A DNA stretch of 28,240 bases from Pseudomonadota bacterium (GTDB taxonomy: Bacteria; UBA10199; 2-02-FULL-44-16; JAAZCA01). The notes below the pieces were generated by a model that saw nothing but the letters and a program-made list of their open reading frames with translations, had not been told where the DNA came from and ran no database searches. Both the position numbers and the translations under genes were made by a program. Positions 1 to 7,797 of the stretch are shown here, piece after piece. Within the stretch, counting starts at the first letter, position 1. Each line of letters opens with the position of its first letter. The stretch covers positions 1-28,240 of the forward strand of contig JBDRBN010000027.1 in NCBI GenBank assembly GCA_043822785.1, given 5' to 3'.

Positions 1-138
1 TTTCGGCCTGCTTGCTCTCTCGCCCGGGCTTCATACAGTCAAGTCGCCTTGCTGCATGCCGGCTCTGATACAGCGTGCGTCAGGTCGCTTCGCTGATCCG
101 TCTCAAACGGACTGGCCTTCACAAACCTCGTGGCGCAC
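1..138 (-). mobile_element. 5' end (part of domain I) of a probable group IIB intron, truncated by the window edge
   Basis: The minus strand starts GTGCG at 138 (GUGYG 5' consensus). At 62..24 it folds as CCGG-CATGCAG-CAAG[GCGA]CTTG-A-CTGTATG-[AAGC]-CCGG: a GNRA-capped stem with a 4-nt AARC bulge, as in IIB domain IC1 (theta loop, epsilon'). A further hairpin TCCGT-TTGAG-ACGGA lies at 111..97. No long ORF is present. Domains V/VI are not visible. Confidence 0.7.
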
Positions 139-144
139 ATAATC

Positions 145-176
145 ATTATATTACCACTTAAGCGTTTTTATTTGAA
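145..176 (-). promoter_or_regulatory. Candidate sigma70-type promoter directly upstream of the intron 5' end
   Basis: Minus strand: TTCAAA (176..171), 17 nt, then TAATAT (153..148) with an extended TG. A perfect TATAAT overlaps it at 150..145. The region is AT-rich, so a chance match is possible. Confidence 0.4.
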
Positions 177-277
177 TAATCAATTATTTTGGCAATGTTC
201 TTGAACGCATCTATTCCCCCGCATTCGTGTCCGATTTCCGATAGCGGGTTCGGACGAGGATGTGGGCGCGGGATGAT

Positions 278-314
278 AAAAAAAGGACCCTCCAACACCA
301 TCGTCGAAGGGCCC
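278..314 (-). terminator. Rho-independent terminator
   Basis: Minus strand GGGCCCTTCGAC-gatggt-GTTGGAGGGTCC-TTTTTTT: a 12-bp stem with G-U pairs followed by 7 U. It lies downstream of priA and of the sigma28-like promoter. Confidence 0.8.
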
Positions 315-341
315 AAAGGGGGGGTCAATGTTCTCATTAAC

Positions 342-371
342 ATTATCGGCTGTGATGACGCCAGAGTTGCG
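342..371 (-). promoter_or_regulatory. Sigma28 (FliA)-like promoter
   Basis: Minus strand CGCAAC-N15-GCCGATAAT, with a perfect sigma28 -10 box GCCGATAA. The same 11-mer (ATTATCGGCTG on +) recurs intergenically at 23945-23955. The -35 is not the canonical TAAA. Confidence 0.55.
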
Positions 372-402
372 TTTGAGCTAAAATATTTTTAACTTATTGA
401 TA

Positions 403-2424
403 TTAAAGAAGATTTGCAGGGTCTATATCAATGGATACACGCACTTTTCTAGGAATTCTTGCTTCAATTTGGGCAGATAAACGGGGCAAAAGGCGTGTTA
501 AGGTACCTGCAGAACGGGCCTTTATTACGATCTGCCATCTGTAGCGATTTCTCAGTTTTTCAAACGGCGCTGGCGCAGGCCCCAGGATTTTGAAGTCGCT
601 GTGTTCTGCGCATTCTTGCCTTATGATCGCAGCAATCTCATTTGCTGCCTTGCTAACCAAATTTTTATCAAGCGAAGACATGCGTATGTTGGCAAGTCTT
701 GTAAAAGGCGGATACGCAAGATCATGCCTATACTTTAGCTCGTGCGCGATGAACGTTTCATAATCATGAGCGCACGCGCATATAAGGCTTGGATGATTGG
801 GTTCATGCGTCTGGATGATAACGCGTCCTGGGCTTGCTCCTCTTCCTGCGCGTCCTGCCACTTGAGTTAGCAGCTGAAAAGTTTTCTCTGCTGCTCTGAA
901 GTCTGGAAAGTGAAGCGACTGGTCAGCTGATACCACACCAACAAGAGTTACGCCTGGAAAGTCATGACCCTTTGTCACCATCTGGGTGCCGACCAGGATA
1001 TCGATTTTGCCTTTGTGCATGCCCTCAAAAATTTTGTGGCGTTTTTTTTGACTTGCAGCCATGTCGCTGTCGAGCCTGGCAACGTTGGCCTTAGGAAAAA
1101 AATCATTTAATTCTGCGGCAAGCCTTTGCGTTCCATGCCCGATAGGAGCGAGCTTGGCTTTGCCGCAAAATGTGCATGTCTGGGGGTGTGCAATTTTATA
1201 ATCGCAGTAGTGACACAGAAGAGATCCTTCGATGTGCGCGGTAAGTGCTATATTACAATTAGGGCATCTTATGGCCTCGCCGCATTCCTCGCAGTGCACA
1301 GCGCTAAATCCCCTGCGGCCGATAAACAAAAGCGTCTGCTCCTTATGTGCAAGCGTATCATCGATGGCGTCAAACAGGGCTGGAGACAGCGAGCTAAGTC
1401 CATGCTTGGTTTTGGCAGGGTCCCTGTGCACATTCCGCATATCCACGATTTCAACTGAGGGCAACGTCGATGAGCCTGTGCGCAAAGGCAGATGAATGAG
1501 TTCATATTTGCCGCGCTTAACATTAGACATGCTCTCAAGCGAAGGCGTTGCACTTCCCAAAACAACAGGGATGTTTTCTATATGAGCGCGCATGACCGCT
1601 GCATCCCGGCCGTGGTATGAAAAACCTTCATCCTGCTTGTAAGAGCTGTCGTGTTCCTCATCCACCACTATTGCGCCGAGGTTAGGCAGCGGAGCAAAGA
1701 GTGCCGAACGCGTTCCTATTACAACATCGACATCAGCTTTTTTCATGCGCAACCATTGCGCATGGCGCTGGGCATCTGTGAGTCCAGAGTGGTAAACTGC
1801 TACGCGGTCTTTAAACTTTGCAGCTGCCCTGCCTGTAAGCTGTGATGTAAGTCCTATTTCAGGAACGAGCAACAATCCTTGTTTTTTGTTTTTGGCAAGC
1901 TCAGCAAAGAGTCGCAAATAGACTTCTGTTTTTCCACTGCCCGTTACTCCGTATAGCAAATGAACAGAAGAAAGGTTTTGGCCTGTTGATTTTAAAAGCA
2001 CATCCAAAGCGTTTTGTTGATCGTCATTTAACGTGATTTGATTTTCGTAAAACGGCTTGATCTCTGGCGGATCGCTAGGTCGGGTTGTCTTTGGAGCTTG
2101 TGTTTTAAGAAGGCGCGCAGGCAGTGCTGCGCGCACCACGTCTCCAATGGGCGTGCAGTAATAGGCTGACATCCAGCGAAGAAGCGAAATCATGTGGGCA
2201 GAAAAAGACGGCGTTTCATCCAGGACTGCTTCGATATTATGTAAACCCTTTTTATCAAGCCCATCCGGCATCTTGTCTGTGAGTTCAAACGCAATACCTA
2301 TTGTAGGCCTTTTTCTAAAAGGCACTGCTACGCGCATTCCTGGCCTAAGGTCTAGGTTCTCAGGCACAGCATACGTGAACAAGGTGCGGACTGGCGAGGG
2401 TATGGCAACGTTGGCAAAGCGCAT
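403..2424 (-). CDS. priA: Primosomal protein N' (replication restart helicase)
   Basis: Walker A GVTGSGKT, LVPEIGLT, DEEH box, GSATPSLES, Cys-rich Zn motifs (CEEC/CPNC/CHYC/CTFC), GTQMVTKGHDFP, QVAGRAGR and C-terminal DIDP. Confidence 0.97.
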   Translation of the reverse strand: MRFANVAIPSPVRTLFTYAVPENLDLRPGMRVAVPFRKRPTIGIAFELTDKMPDGLDKKGLHNIEAVLDETPSFSAHMISLLRWMSAYYCTPIGDVVRAALPARLLKTQAPKTTRPSDPPEIKPFYENQITLNDDQQNALDVLLKSTGQNLSSVHLLYGVTGSGKTEVYLRLFAELAKNKKQGLLLVPEIGLTSQLTGRAAAKFKDRVAVYHSGLTDAQRHAQWLRMKKADVDVVIGTRSALFAPLPNLGAIVVDEEHDSSYKQDEGFSYHGRDAAVMRAHIENIPVVLGSATPSLESMSNVKRGKYELIHLPLRTGSSTLPSVEIVDMRNVHRDPAKTKHGLSSLSPALFDAIDDTLAHKEQTLLFIGRRGFSAVHCEECGEAIRCPNCNIALTAHIEGSLLCHYCDYKIAHPQTCTFCGKAKLAPIGHGTQRLAAELNDFFPKANVARLDSDMAASQKKRHKIFEGMHKGKIDILVGTQMVTKGHDFPGVTLVGVVSADQSLHFPDFRAAEKTFQLLTQVAGRAGRGASPGRVIIQTHEPNHPSLICACAHDYETFIAHELKYRHDLAYPPFTRLANIRMSSLDKNLVSKAANEIAAIIRQECAEHSDFKILGPAPAPFEKLRNRYRWQIVIKARSAGTLTRLLPRLSAQIEARIPRKVRVSIDIDPANLL

Positions 2425-2481
2425 ACTGCTGCCATTAGAACAATATCGTGCTTAGGGCAAGGGCTATAGAGCTCCAAAAAA

Positions 2482-2620
2482 GCGAGAAACGCCAGCAACG
2501 CGAGACACGCGAGAAACGTGAGAAAAGTCTGCCCACAACCTTTCTTGCCTTTCTGGTTGGTTTCGCGTTTGTCACGTTGCTTGCGTTGCTTGCGTTGCTT
2601 GCTTTGCTTGCGTTGCTTGC
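2482..2620. repeat. Inverted pair of 9-mer tandem arrays (GCGAGAAAC/GCAAGCAAC family)
   Basis: Left arm 2482-2526: gcgagaaac gccagcaac gcgagacac gcgagaaac gtgagaaaa. Right arm 2541-2620 includes five near-identical gttgcttgc units, the reverse complement of the unit. Confidence 0.9.
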
Positions 2621-2659
2621 CATAACGGTCTACAAATCATCCCTAAAGGGGGAATCGCC

Positions 2660-3331
2660 ATGGCAAAAGAAAAGAAGCGTATCGGAGTGCTTCTGTGTGG
2701 CTGTGGGCACCGAGACGGTTCAGAGGTGCATGAGGCCACATTTACGCTTCTGGCCATAGATCAGGCTGGAGCAGAAAGCATATGCTTTGCGCCATCAGGA
2801 AATACCCGCTTTGTGCGCGATCATATGACTGGCGAGAATGTAAAGGATACACGCAACATGATCGTAGAATCAGCGCGCATAGCAAGGGGCAATATTAGGG
2901 ATTTGACCTCGGCTTCTGCAAATGAACTGGATGCCCTTATCATTCCAGGAGGGCAGGGCGCGGCGCTTAATCTCTCCACATTCCTGATAGATGGCATTGA
3001 TTGTAGCGTGCTTCCAGATGTGTCGCGAATAATAGTGGATATGGCCAGGGCGAAAAAACCCATAGGTGGAATATGCATAGCGCCCGCAACTATTGCGCGC
3101 GCTTTGCAAAAAGCCAAAATAGCGGCGACCCTCACATGCGGCACAGATGCCGATGTAGCGCGAGCCATTGAAGAGATGGGCCATAAGCACAAAAATTGCG
3201 AGCCGTCTGATTGTGTTGTGGATCAAGAAAACAAGATCGCAACAACACCTGCATACATGACTGCGACGTCGATAGGGGAAGTGTGGCAAGGAATAAATAA
3301 ATTGGTTAAAGCTGTGAAGGAGATGGTCTGA
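2660..3331 (+). CDS. elbB: Glyoxalase ElbB (DJ-1/PfpI, ES1 family)
   Basis: GCGHRDGSEVHE N-terminal motif, ESARIARG, PGGQGAA, nucleophile-elbow GGICIAP and TTPAYM. G-rich RBS upstream. Confidence 0.9.
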   Translation: MAKEKKRIGVLLCGCGHRDGSEVHEATFTLLAIDQAGAESICFAPSGNTRFVRDHMTGENVKDTRNMIVESARIARGNIRDLTSASANELDALIIPGGQGAALNLSTFLIDGIDCSVLPDVSRIIVDMARAKKPIGGICIAPATIARALQKAKIAATLTCGTDADVARAIEEMGHKHKNCEPSDCVVDQENKIATTPAYMTATSIGEVWQGINKLVKAVKEMV

Positions 3332-3332
3332 A

Positions 3333-3372
3333 ATCAGTAATCAGTAACCAGTAATCAGTAACCAGTGATCAG
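3333..3372 (+). repeat. Heptamer tandem array A(C/T)CAGT(A/G), ~6 units
   Basis: atcagta atcagta accagta atcagta accagtg atcag, starting just after the elbB stop. Confidence 0.9.
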
Positions 3373-3374
3373 GA

Positions 3375-3410
3375 TGTCATTGCGAGGGAGGAACGACCGA
3401 AGTAATCTCC
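3375..3410 (+). repeat. REP-like element, left arm only (copy 1)
   Basis: TGTCATTGCGAG-ggaggaacgacc-GAAGTAATCTCC, matching the left arm of the complete copies at 12391 and 26313. Confidence 0.85.
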
Positions 3411-3411
3411 T

Positions 3412-3834
3412 ATGAAGATCTTACTCTTACCCATTGGAAAGATAAAATCAAAAGCAGTGGCTGCTATTTGCGCAGATTATGCTAAAAGACTTAACCATTA
3501 TATTCCGTTTGAAATCAAAGAGTGTAAGGATGAGGCGCAGCTGTTAGAAAGGCTTGAGAGCAGCGATCATTTTGTGGCCTTGGATGAGCGTGGAGATCAA
3601 CTGAATTCTGAAGCGCTTTCTGGATTTATCTCAAAGCATCAGATGCGGGGAACAAAAAGATTGGTTTTTGCTATTGGTGGACCAGAAGGTTTTACTAATG
3701 ATGTGCTCAAGCGAGCAGATTATAGGCTAAGCTTATCAGGTATGACTTTTCCGCATGAACTGGTACAGGCTATCATACTTGAGCAGCTATATAGGGCATG
3801 TACGATATTAAAGGGAGAGCCGTATCATAAGTGA
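3412..3834 (+). CDS. rlmH: 23S rRNA (pseudouridine1915-N3)-methyltransferase
   Basis: SPOUT motifs LDERG, FAIGGPEG, LSLSGMTFPH, EQLYRA and C-terminal GEPYHK. Confidence 0.95.
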   Translation: MKILLLPIGKIKSKAVAAICADYAKRLNHYIPFEIKECKDEAQLLERLESSDHFVALDERGDQLNSEALSGFISKHQMRGTKRLVFAIGGPEGFTNDVLKRADYRLSLSGMTFPHELVQAIILEQLYRACTILKGEPYHK

Positions 3835-3847
3835 GGCAACCAATTGT

Positions 3848-3931
3848 AAATCTAATTTCTAATATCCAATTTCGCTTTTATTTTTTGCCGCGTAAAGACG
3901 AAATTAGATATTAGAAATTGGAAATTAGATT
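3848..3931. repeat. Inverted pair of heptamer arrays AAT(T/A)TC(T/C/G)
   Basis: Left arm aaatctaatttctaatatccaatttcg (3848-3874). Right arm cgaaattagatattagaaattggaaattagatt (3899-3931), a near reverse complement with one extra unit. Confidence 0.85.
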
Positions 3932-3942
3932 GGGATTATTAC

Positions 3943-5661
3943 ATGGATAAAGATCAAGTTGCAGCAGTTTTAGCAGAAATAGCGCAGACTCTTGAGCTGA
4001 ACGGTGAAAATCCGTTTAAGGTGCGCGCATATGCAAATGCCGCGCGCACCATAGAGGGGCTTGCTGAAGATCTTAATGAACTCGTAAACAAAGACGAGCT
4101 GATAAATATAAAAGGCATAGGCCGCAACCTGGCTGACCACATAGCCGAGCTTTTGCGCACCGGAAAGATTAAGGAGTACGAAAAGATGTTGCGCGATGTG
4201 CCTGATGGCGTAAAGCAAATGCTTGCCATACCAGGCCTTGGACCCAAGAAGGTGCATTACTTATGGAAGGAATTAGAAATCAAAAGTATCGGAGTGTTAG
4301 AGCTCTTCTGCACAAGGCATGCTCTTGTAAAAGAACCTGGCTTTGGCGCAAAGAGCGAGGAAAAGATTCTTGCTGGTATTGAGATGCTAAAGCGCTTTGC
4401 AGGAAAGCGCAGGTTTGATGAAGCATATGCAGAGTCGCTCAAAGTTTATAAAGAAGTTAGCAGATGGCCTGAGATCATAAGATCTGACGTTGCTGGTTCC
4501 ATTCGCCGGTGCAAGGAAATCGTCAAGGACATAGATGTCTTGGTATCTACCAAAAAGCCAGAACAAGTCATGAAGCGATTTGTTTCGATGCGCGATGTGG
4601 AAAGCGTAATACAGCACGGAAAGACCAAATCAGAAGTGATGCTAAACTCCGGCATCCAGTGCGACCTCAGGGTTGTTACTGACGATCAGTACCCGTTTGC
4701 GCTTCACTACTTTACCGGCTCCAAGGAGCATAACATAGAGATGCGCAGCGTGGCAAAAAGCCGTGGTCTCAAGTTGAATGAATACGGACTCTTCAAAGGA
4801 AGCTCTAAAAAATCCCTGAACTGCAAGGATGAAGCAGAGCTGTTCAAAGCTTTGGGCATGGATTTTATACCGCCTGAGCTTCGCGAAAACATGGGCGAGA
4901 TTCAGGCTGCTCAAAAACATAAGCTTCCAAAACTCATCAAACAAGAAGATTTGCTTGGAGTCTTTCACGTGCACTCCACATATTCTGATGGCCAGAATTC
5001 AATAGAGCAGATGGCGCTTAGTGCCAAAGAGCGCGGTTACTCCTATATGGTGCTGGCTGATCACAGCCAGGCAGTGACCGTTGCCGGGGGCATGAAGCCT
5101 GCTGATGTAAAAAAGCAGCACAAGGAAGTTGATAAGCTAAACGCAAAGCTCAAAGGCTTTTGCATACTCAAGGGGATTGAAATAGATATCCTGGCTGATG
5201 GCGCGCTCGATTATGATGACGATCTTCTTGCCACATTCGATGTAGTGATCGCAGCTATCCACTCGCGCTTTAACATGAATGAAAAGGAGATGACCGAGAG
5301 AATCATAAAGGGCATCTCCAACCCTCATGTTCACATCTTTGCGCATCCCACAGGAAGGCTCTTGCTCGCCCGCGATGGATATGCGGTGGACTTAAAGCGC
5401 GTTATCGATACAGCGATAAAACACAAGGTAGCCCTTGAAATAAACGCTCATCCGCAAAGGCTGGATCTGGATTGGCACTGGTGCAAATATGCAAAGGAGC
5501 GTGGTGCAAAGATTGCCATCGGTCCTGATGCACATTCTGTAGATGAGATCGATTGTGCTGCATATGGAGTTAGCGTGGCCAGAAAGGGCTGGCTTGAAAA
5601 ACAAGATGTCCTCAATTGCTTGGATGCAAAAGGGCTTTTGAGTTATCTAAAGAAAAAGTAA
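3943..5661 (+). CDS. polX: DNA polymerase X with PHP 3'-5' exonuclease domain
   Basis: N-terminal GENPFKVRAY, HhH motifs (GIG, GLGPKK), catalytic GSIRR/DIDVL/CDLR, FTGSKEHN, and PHP motifs HVHSTYSDG, DHS, HPTGR, DAH. Confidence 0.95.
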   Translation: MDKDQVAAVLAEIAQTLELNGENPFKVRAYANAARTIEGLAEDLNELVNKDELINIKGIGRNLADHIAELLRTGKIKEYEKMLRDVPDGVKQMLAIPGLGPKKVHYLWKELEIKSIGVLELFCTRHALVKEPGFGAKSEEKILAGIEMLKRFAGKRRFDEAYAESLKVYKEVSRWPEIIRSDVAGSIRRCKEIVKDIDVLVSTKKPEQVMKRFVSMRDVESVIQHGKTKSEVMLNSGIQCDLRVVTDDQYPFALHYFTGSKEHNIEMRSVAKSRGLKLNEYGLFKGSSKKSLNCKDEAELFKALGMDFIPPELRENMGEIQAAQKHKLPKLIKQEDLLGVFHVHSTYSDGQNSIEQMALSAKERGYSYMVLADHSQAVTVAGGMKPADVKKQHKEVDKLNAKLKGFCILKGIEIDILADGALDYDDDLLATFDVVIAAIHSRFNMNEKEMTERIIKGISNPHVHIFAHPTGRLLLARDGYAVDLKRVIDTAIKHKVALEINAHPQRLDLDWHWCKYAKERGAKIAIGPDAHSVDEIDCAAYGVSVARKGWLEKQDVLNCLDAKGLLSYLKKK

Positions 5662-5682
5662 AAAAAGGAACGGAGGTGTCAG

Positions 5683-7773
5683 GTGCTTAAGAAGCTGTTC
5701 TCGCCGCGCGCTGTAGCCGTTATCGGCGCATCACATAAAGAGGGAAAGGTTGGCTATTCACTCGTAAAGAATTTGATCGAGCATGGTTTTGAAGGGCCGA
5801 TATATCTTGTAAACCCACATGTTGATAAGATCCTTGCCCTTGCCTGTTATAAGGATATCGCTTCCTTGCCTGAAGGAGTTGATCTTGCGGTGATTGCAAT
5901 TCCTGCAAAGGCAGTGCCAGATGTAATAGAAGAGTGCGGACGCAAGCAAATAGGTGCAGCCATCGTCATATCAGCGGGCTTCAAAGAAGTGGGCGAGGAA
6001 GGCAAGAGTCTAGAACAGCGCCTCTACAATGCAGCAATGACAAGCGGCGTGCGGGTGCTGGGGCCTAACTGCTTAGGCCTTATCAATACAAAAAACAAAC
6101 TCGATGCTTCGTTTGCAGCTAATTTTCCTGATGAAGGTGACATCGCAGTGCTTTCGCAGTCAGGCGCTTTATGCACTGCAATATTGGATTGGGCACAATG
6201 CCATCACATCGGTTTTTCAAAGCTCATAAGCATAGGCAATAAGATGGACATTGACGAAGAAGCGCTGATCGAAACGCTTGGCAGCGATGAGTATACGAAA
6301 GTCATAGTCGGCTATCTTGAAGACATCTCCCACGGTCCTCATTTCATGAGAACCGCTGAAAGGGTAACGAGGACAAAGCCGGTCATATTAATAAAAGCGG
6401 GCACAACAGAGGCGGGAGTCGCTGCTGCGTCATCGCACACAGGAAGCATGGCAGGCGCGCGCATTGCATATGAATGCGCGTTTCGTTCAAGCGGCATATT
6501 GCAGGCCCATTCGCTTGAAGCGCTGTTTGATTATGCAACTGCGTTTTCATATCAGCCGCTCCCACGCGGCAAGTGCGTTGTTGTTGTAACAAACGCCGGC
6601 GGGCCAGGCATCATGGCTGCAGATGCTGTTGAAAATGCAGGTCTTTGTTTTGCACAGCTTTCTTCTGGCACAAAGGAAAAACTCAAATCCTTTTTGCCTT
6701 CTGCTGCAAACGTCAATAATCCCGTCGATATACTGGGGGATGCAAAGGCTTCGGTTTACGGCTCTGCTTTGGAAGCTGTGCTGTCTGATGATCAAGTAGA
6801 TGCTGCAATTGTGCTCTTAACGCCACAAGCCATGGTGGATGCTAAAGAGGCTGCGCACGCTATTGTGAGTGCAGCATCAAAGTCCGACAAGCCTGTTATG
6901 GCATCGTTCATGGGCGCAGATCAGGTTGCCAGGGGAATAGAGTTCCTTCAGACAAACCGCATCCCGCACTATGCCACTCCAGAGCGCGCGGTGGAAGCGC
7001 TTAGGATGATGGCCGAATATAAGATTTGGCGCGAAAAACCCAAGCGCGTGATCAAGCGTTTTTCTGTGAACACGACTAAGGTGAACAGGGTCATAAGCTT
7101 AAGCCGCAAACGCAGGCAGCTTAATATCTCTGAACAGGATTCAAAGGCAATACTAGCGGCGTATGGTTTTACAGTTCCACAAGCTACTCTTTCTTTCAGT
7201 GCAGAGGATGCTGTGAACGCAGCCAGCATCATCGGTTATCCGGTTGTAATGAAGATCGTATCTCCTGACGTCATCCATAAGTCAGATGTGGGTGGCGTGA
7301 AACTTGGGCTTTCAGGCCCGTCTGAAGTGAGGGATGCATATGAGCTGATGATATCTCGCATCAGAAATTTAATGCCAGATGCCAGGCTTCAGGGAGTTCT
7401 GATTCAGGAGATGGTAGCTGACGGCCGTGAGATCATCGTGGGCATGACGCGCGATCCCCAGTTTGGACCAATGCTCATGTTCGGTTTGGGCGGAGTGTAT
7501 GTCGAGGTGTTAAGGGACGTATCTTTTCAGCTGGCTCCTATAACAGCTGACGACGCCATACAGATGCTGATGGGAACAAAGACATATAATCTGCTCAAAG
7601 GCGTGCGCGGCGAAAAATCTGTGGACATGCAACTGGTTGCCGAATGCATTCAGCGCATCTCGCAGCTGGCCATGGATTTTCCTGCGATCGAACAGATGGA
7701 CATCAATCCACTGAAGGTAAGCAGCGAACATGCGCGAGCTGTTGTGGTGGATGCCAGGATGAAAATCCTATAG
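5683..7773 (+). CDS. NDP-forming acyl-CoA synthetase (acetate-CoA ligase family), fused alpha-beta
   Basis: CoA-binding AVIGAS, GPNCLG, SQSGA, phospho-His motif SHTGSMAG, TNAGGPG, NPVDILG and ATP-grasp HKSDVGGV...DINPL. GTG start with GGAGG RBS. No GNAT domain. Confidence 0.9.
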   Translation: MLKKLFSPRAVAVIGASHKEGKVGYSLVKNLIEHGFEGPIYLVNPHVDKILALACYKDIASLPEGVDLAVIAIPAKAVPDVIEECGRKQIGAAIVISAGFKEVGEEGKSLEQRLYNAAMTSGVRVLGPNCLGLINTKNKLDASFAANFPDEGDIAVLSQSGALCTAILDWAQCHHIGFSKLISIGNKMDIDEEALIETLGSDEYTKVIVGYLEDISHGPHFMRTAERVTRTKPVILIKAGTTEAGVAAASSHTGSMAGARIAYECAFRSSGILQAHSLEALFDYATAFSYQPLPRGKCVVVVTNAGGPGIMAADAVENAGLCFAQLSSGTKEKLKSFLPSAANVNNPVDILGDAKASVYGSALEAVLSDDQVDAAIVLLTPQAMVDAKEAAHAIVSAASKSDKPVMASFMGADQVARGIEFLQTNRIPHYATPERAVEALRMMAEYKIWREKPKRVIKRFSVNTTKVNRVISLSRKRRQLNISEQDSKAILAAYGFTVPQATLSFSAEDAVNAASIIGYPVVMKIVSPDVIHKSDVGGVKLGLSGPSEVRDAYELMISRIRNLMPDARLQGVLIQEMVADGREIIVGMTRDPQFGPMLMFGLGGVYVEVLRDVSFQLAPITADDAIQMLMGTKTYNLLKGVRGEKSVDMQLVAECIQRISQLAMDFPAIEQMDINPLKVSSEHARAVVVDARMKIL

Positions 7774-7797
7774 CGAGAGTTTGGATAAGGAGTTTTT

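Noticed and set aside
39..140. 33-codon minus-strand ORF starting ATG at 140
   Set aside because: Short, lacks an RBS, and coincides with a structured intron-like RNA.
216..272. Integron attC site
   Set aside because: No RYYYAAC/GTTRRRY ends, no cassette array and no integrase.
158..392. ORFs 158..343 (-) and 189..392 (+)
   Set aside because: No recognisable motifs or RBS. They run through a terminator, a hairpin and promoter motifs.
2482..2620. Possible CRISPR array in the repeat clusters
   Set aside because: Units are 7-9 nt and contiguous with no unique spacers. The REP-like copies are kilobases apart and no cas genes are present.
2435..2759. ORFs 2435..2623, 2448..2759 and 2572..2757 with periodic sequences (ASNASK, LALLAL, ATQATQ)
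   Set aside because: Translation artefacts of the 9-mer DNA arrays, and they overlap elbB or its leader.
5720..5727. Third TTATCGGC (sigma28 -10 on minus strand)
   Set aside because: It lies inside the conserved AVIGAS codons of the synthetase and lacks the shared -35 motif.
5683..7773. Annotation as Pat/Pka protein acetyltransferase
   Set aside because: There is no GNAT domain in this ORF and the catalytic His motif is retained.
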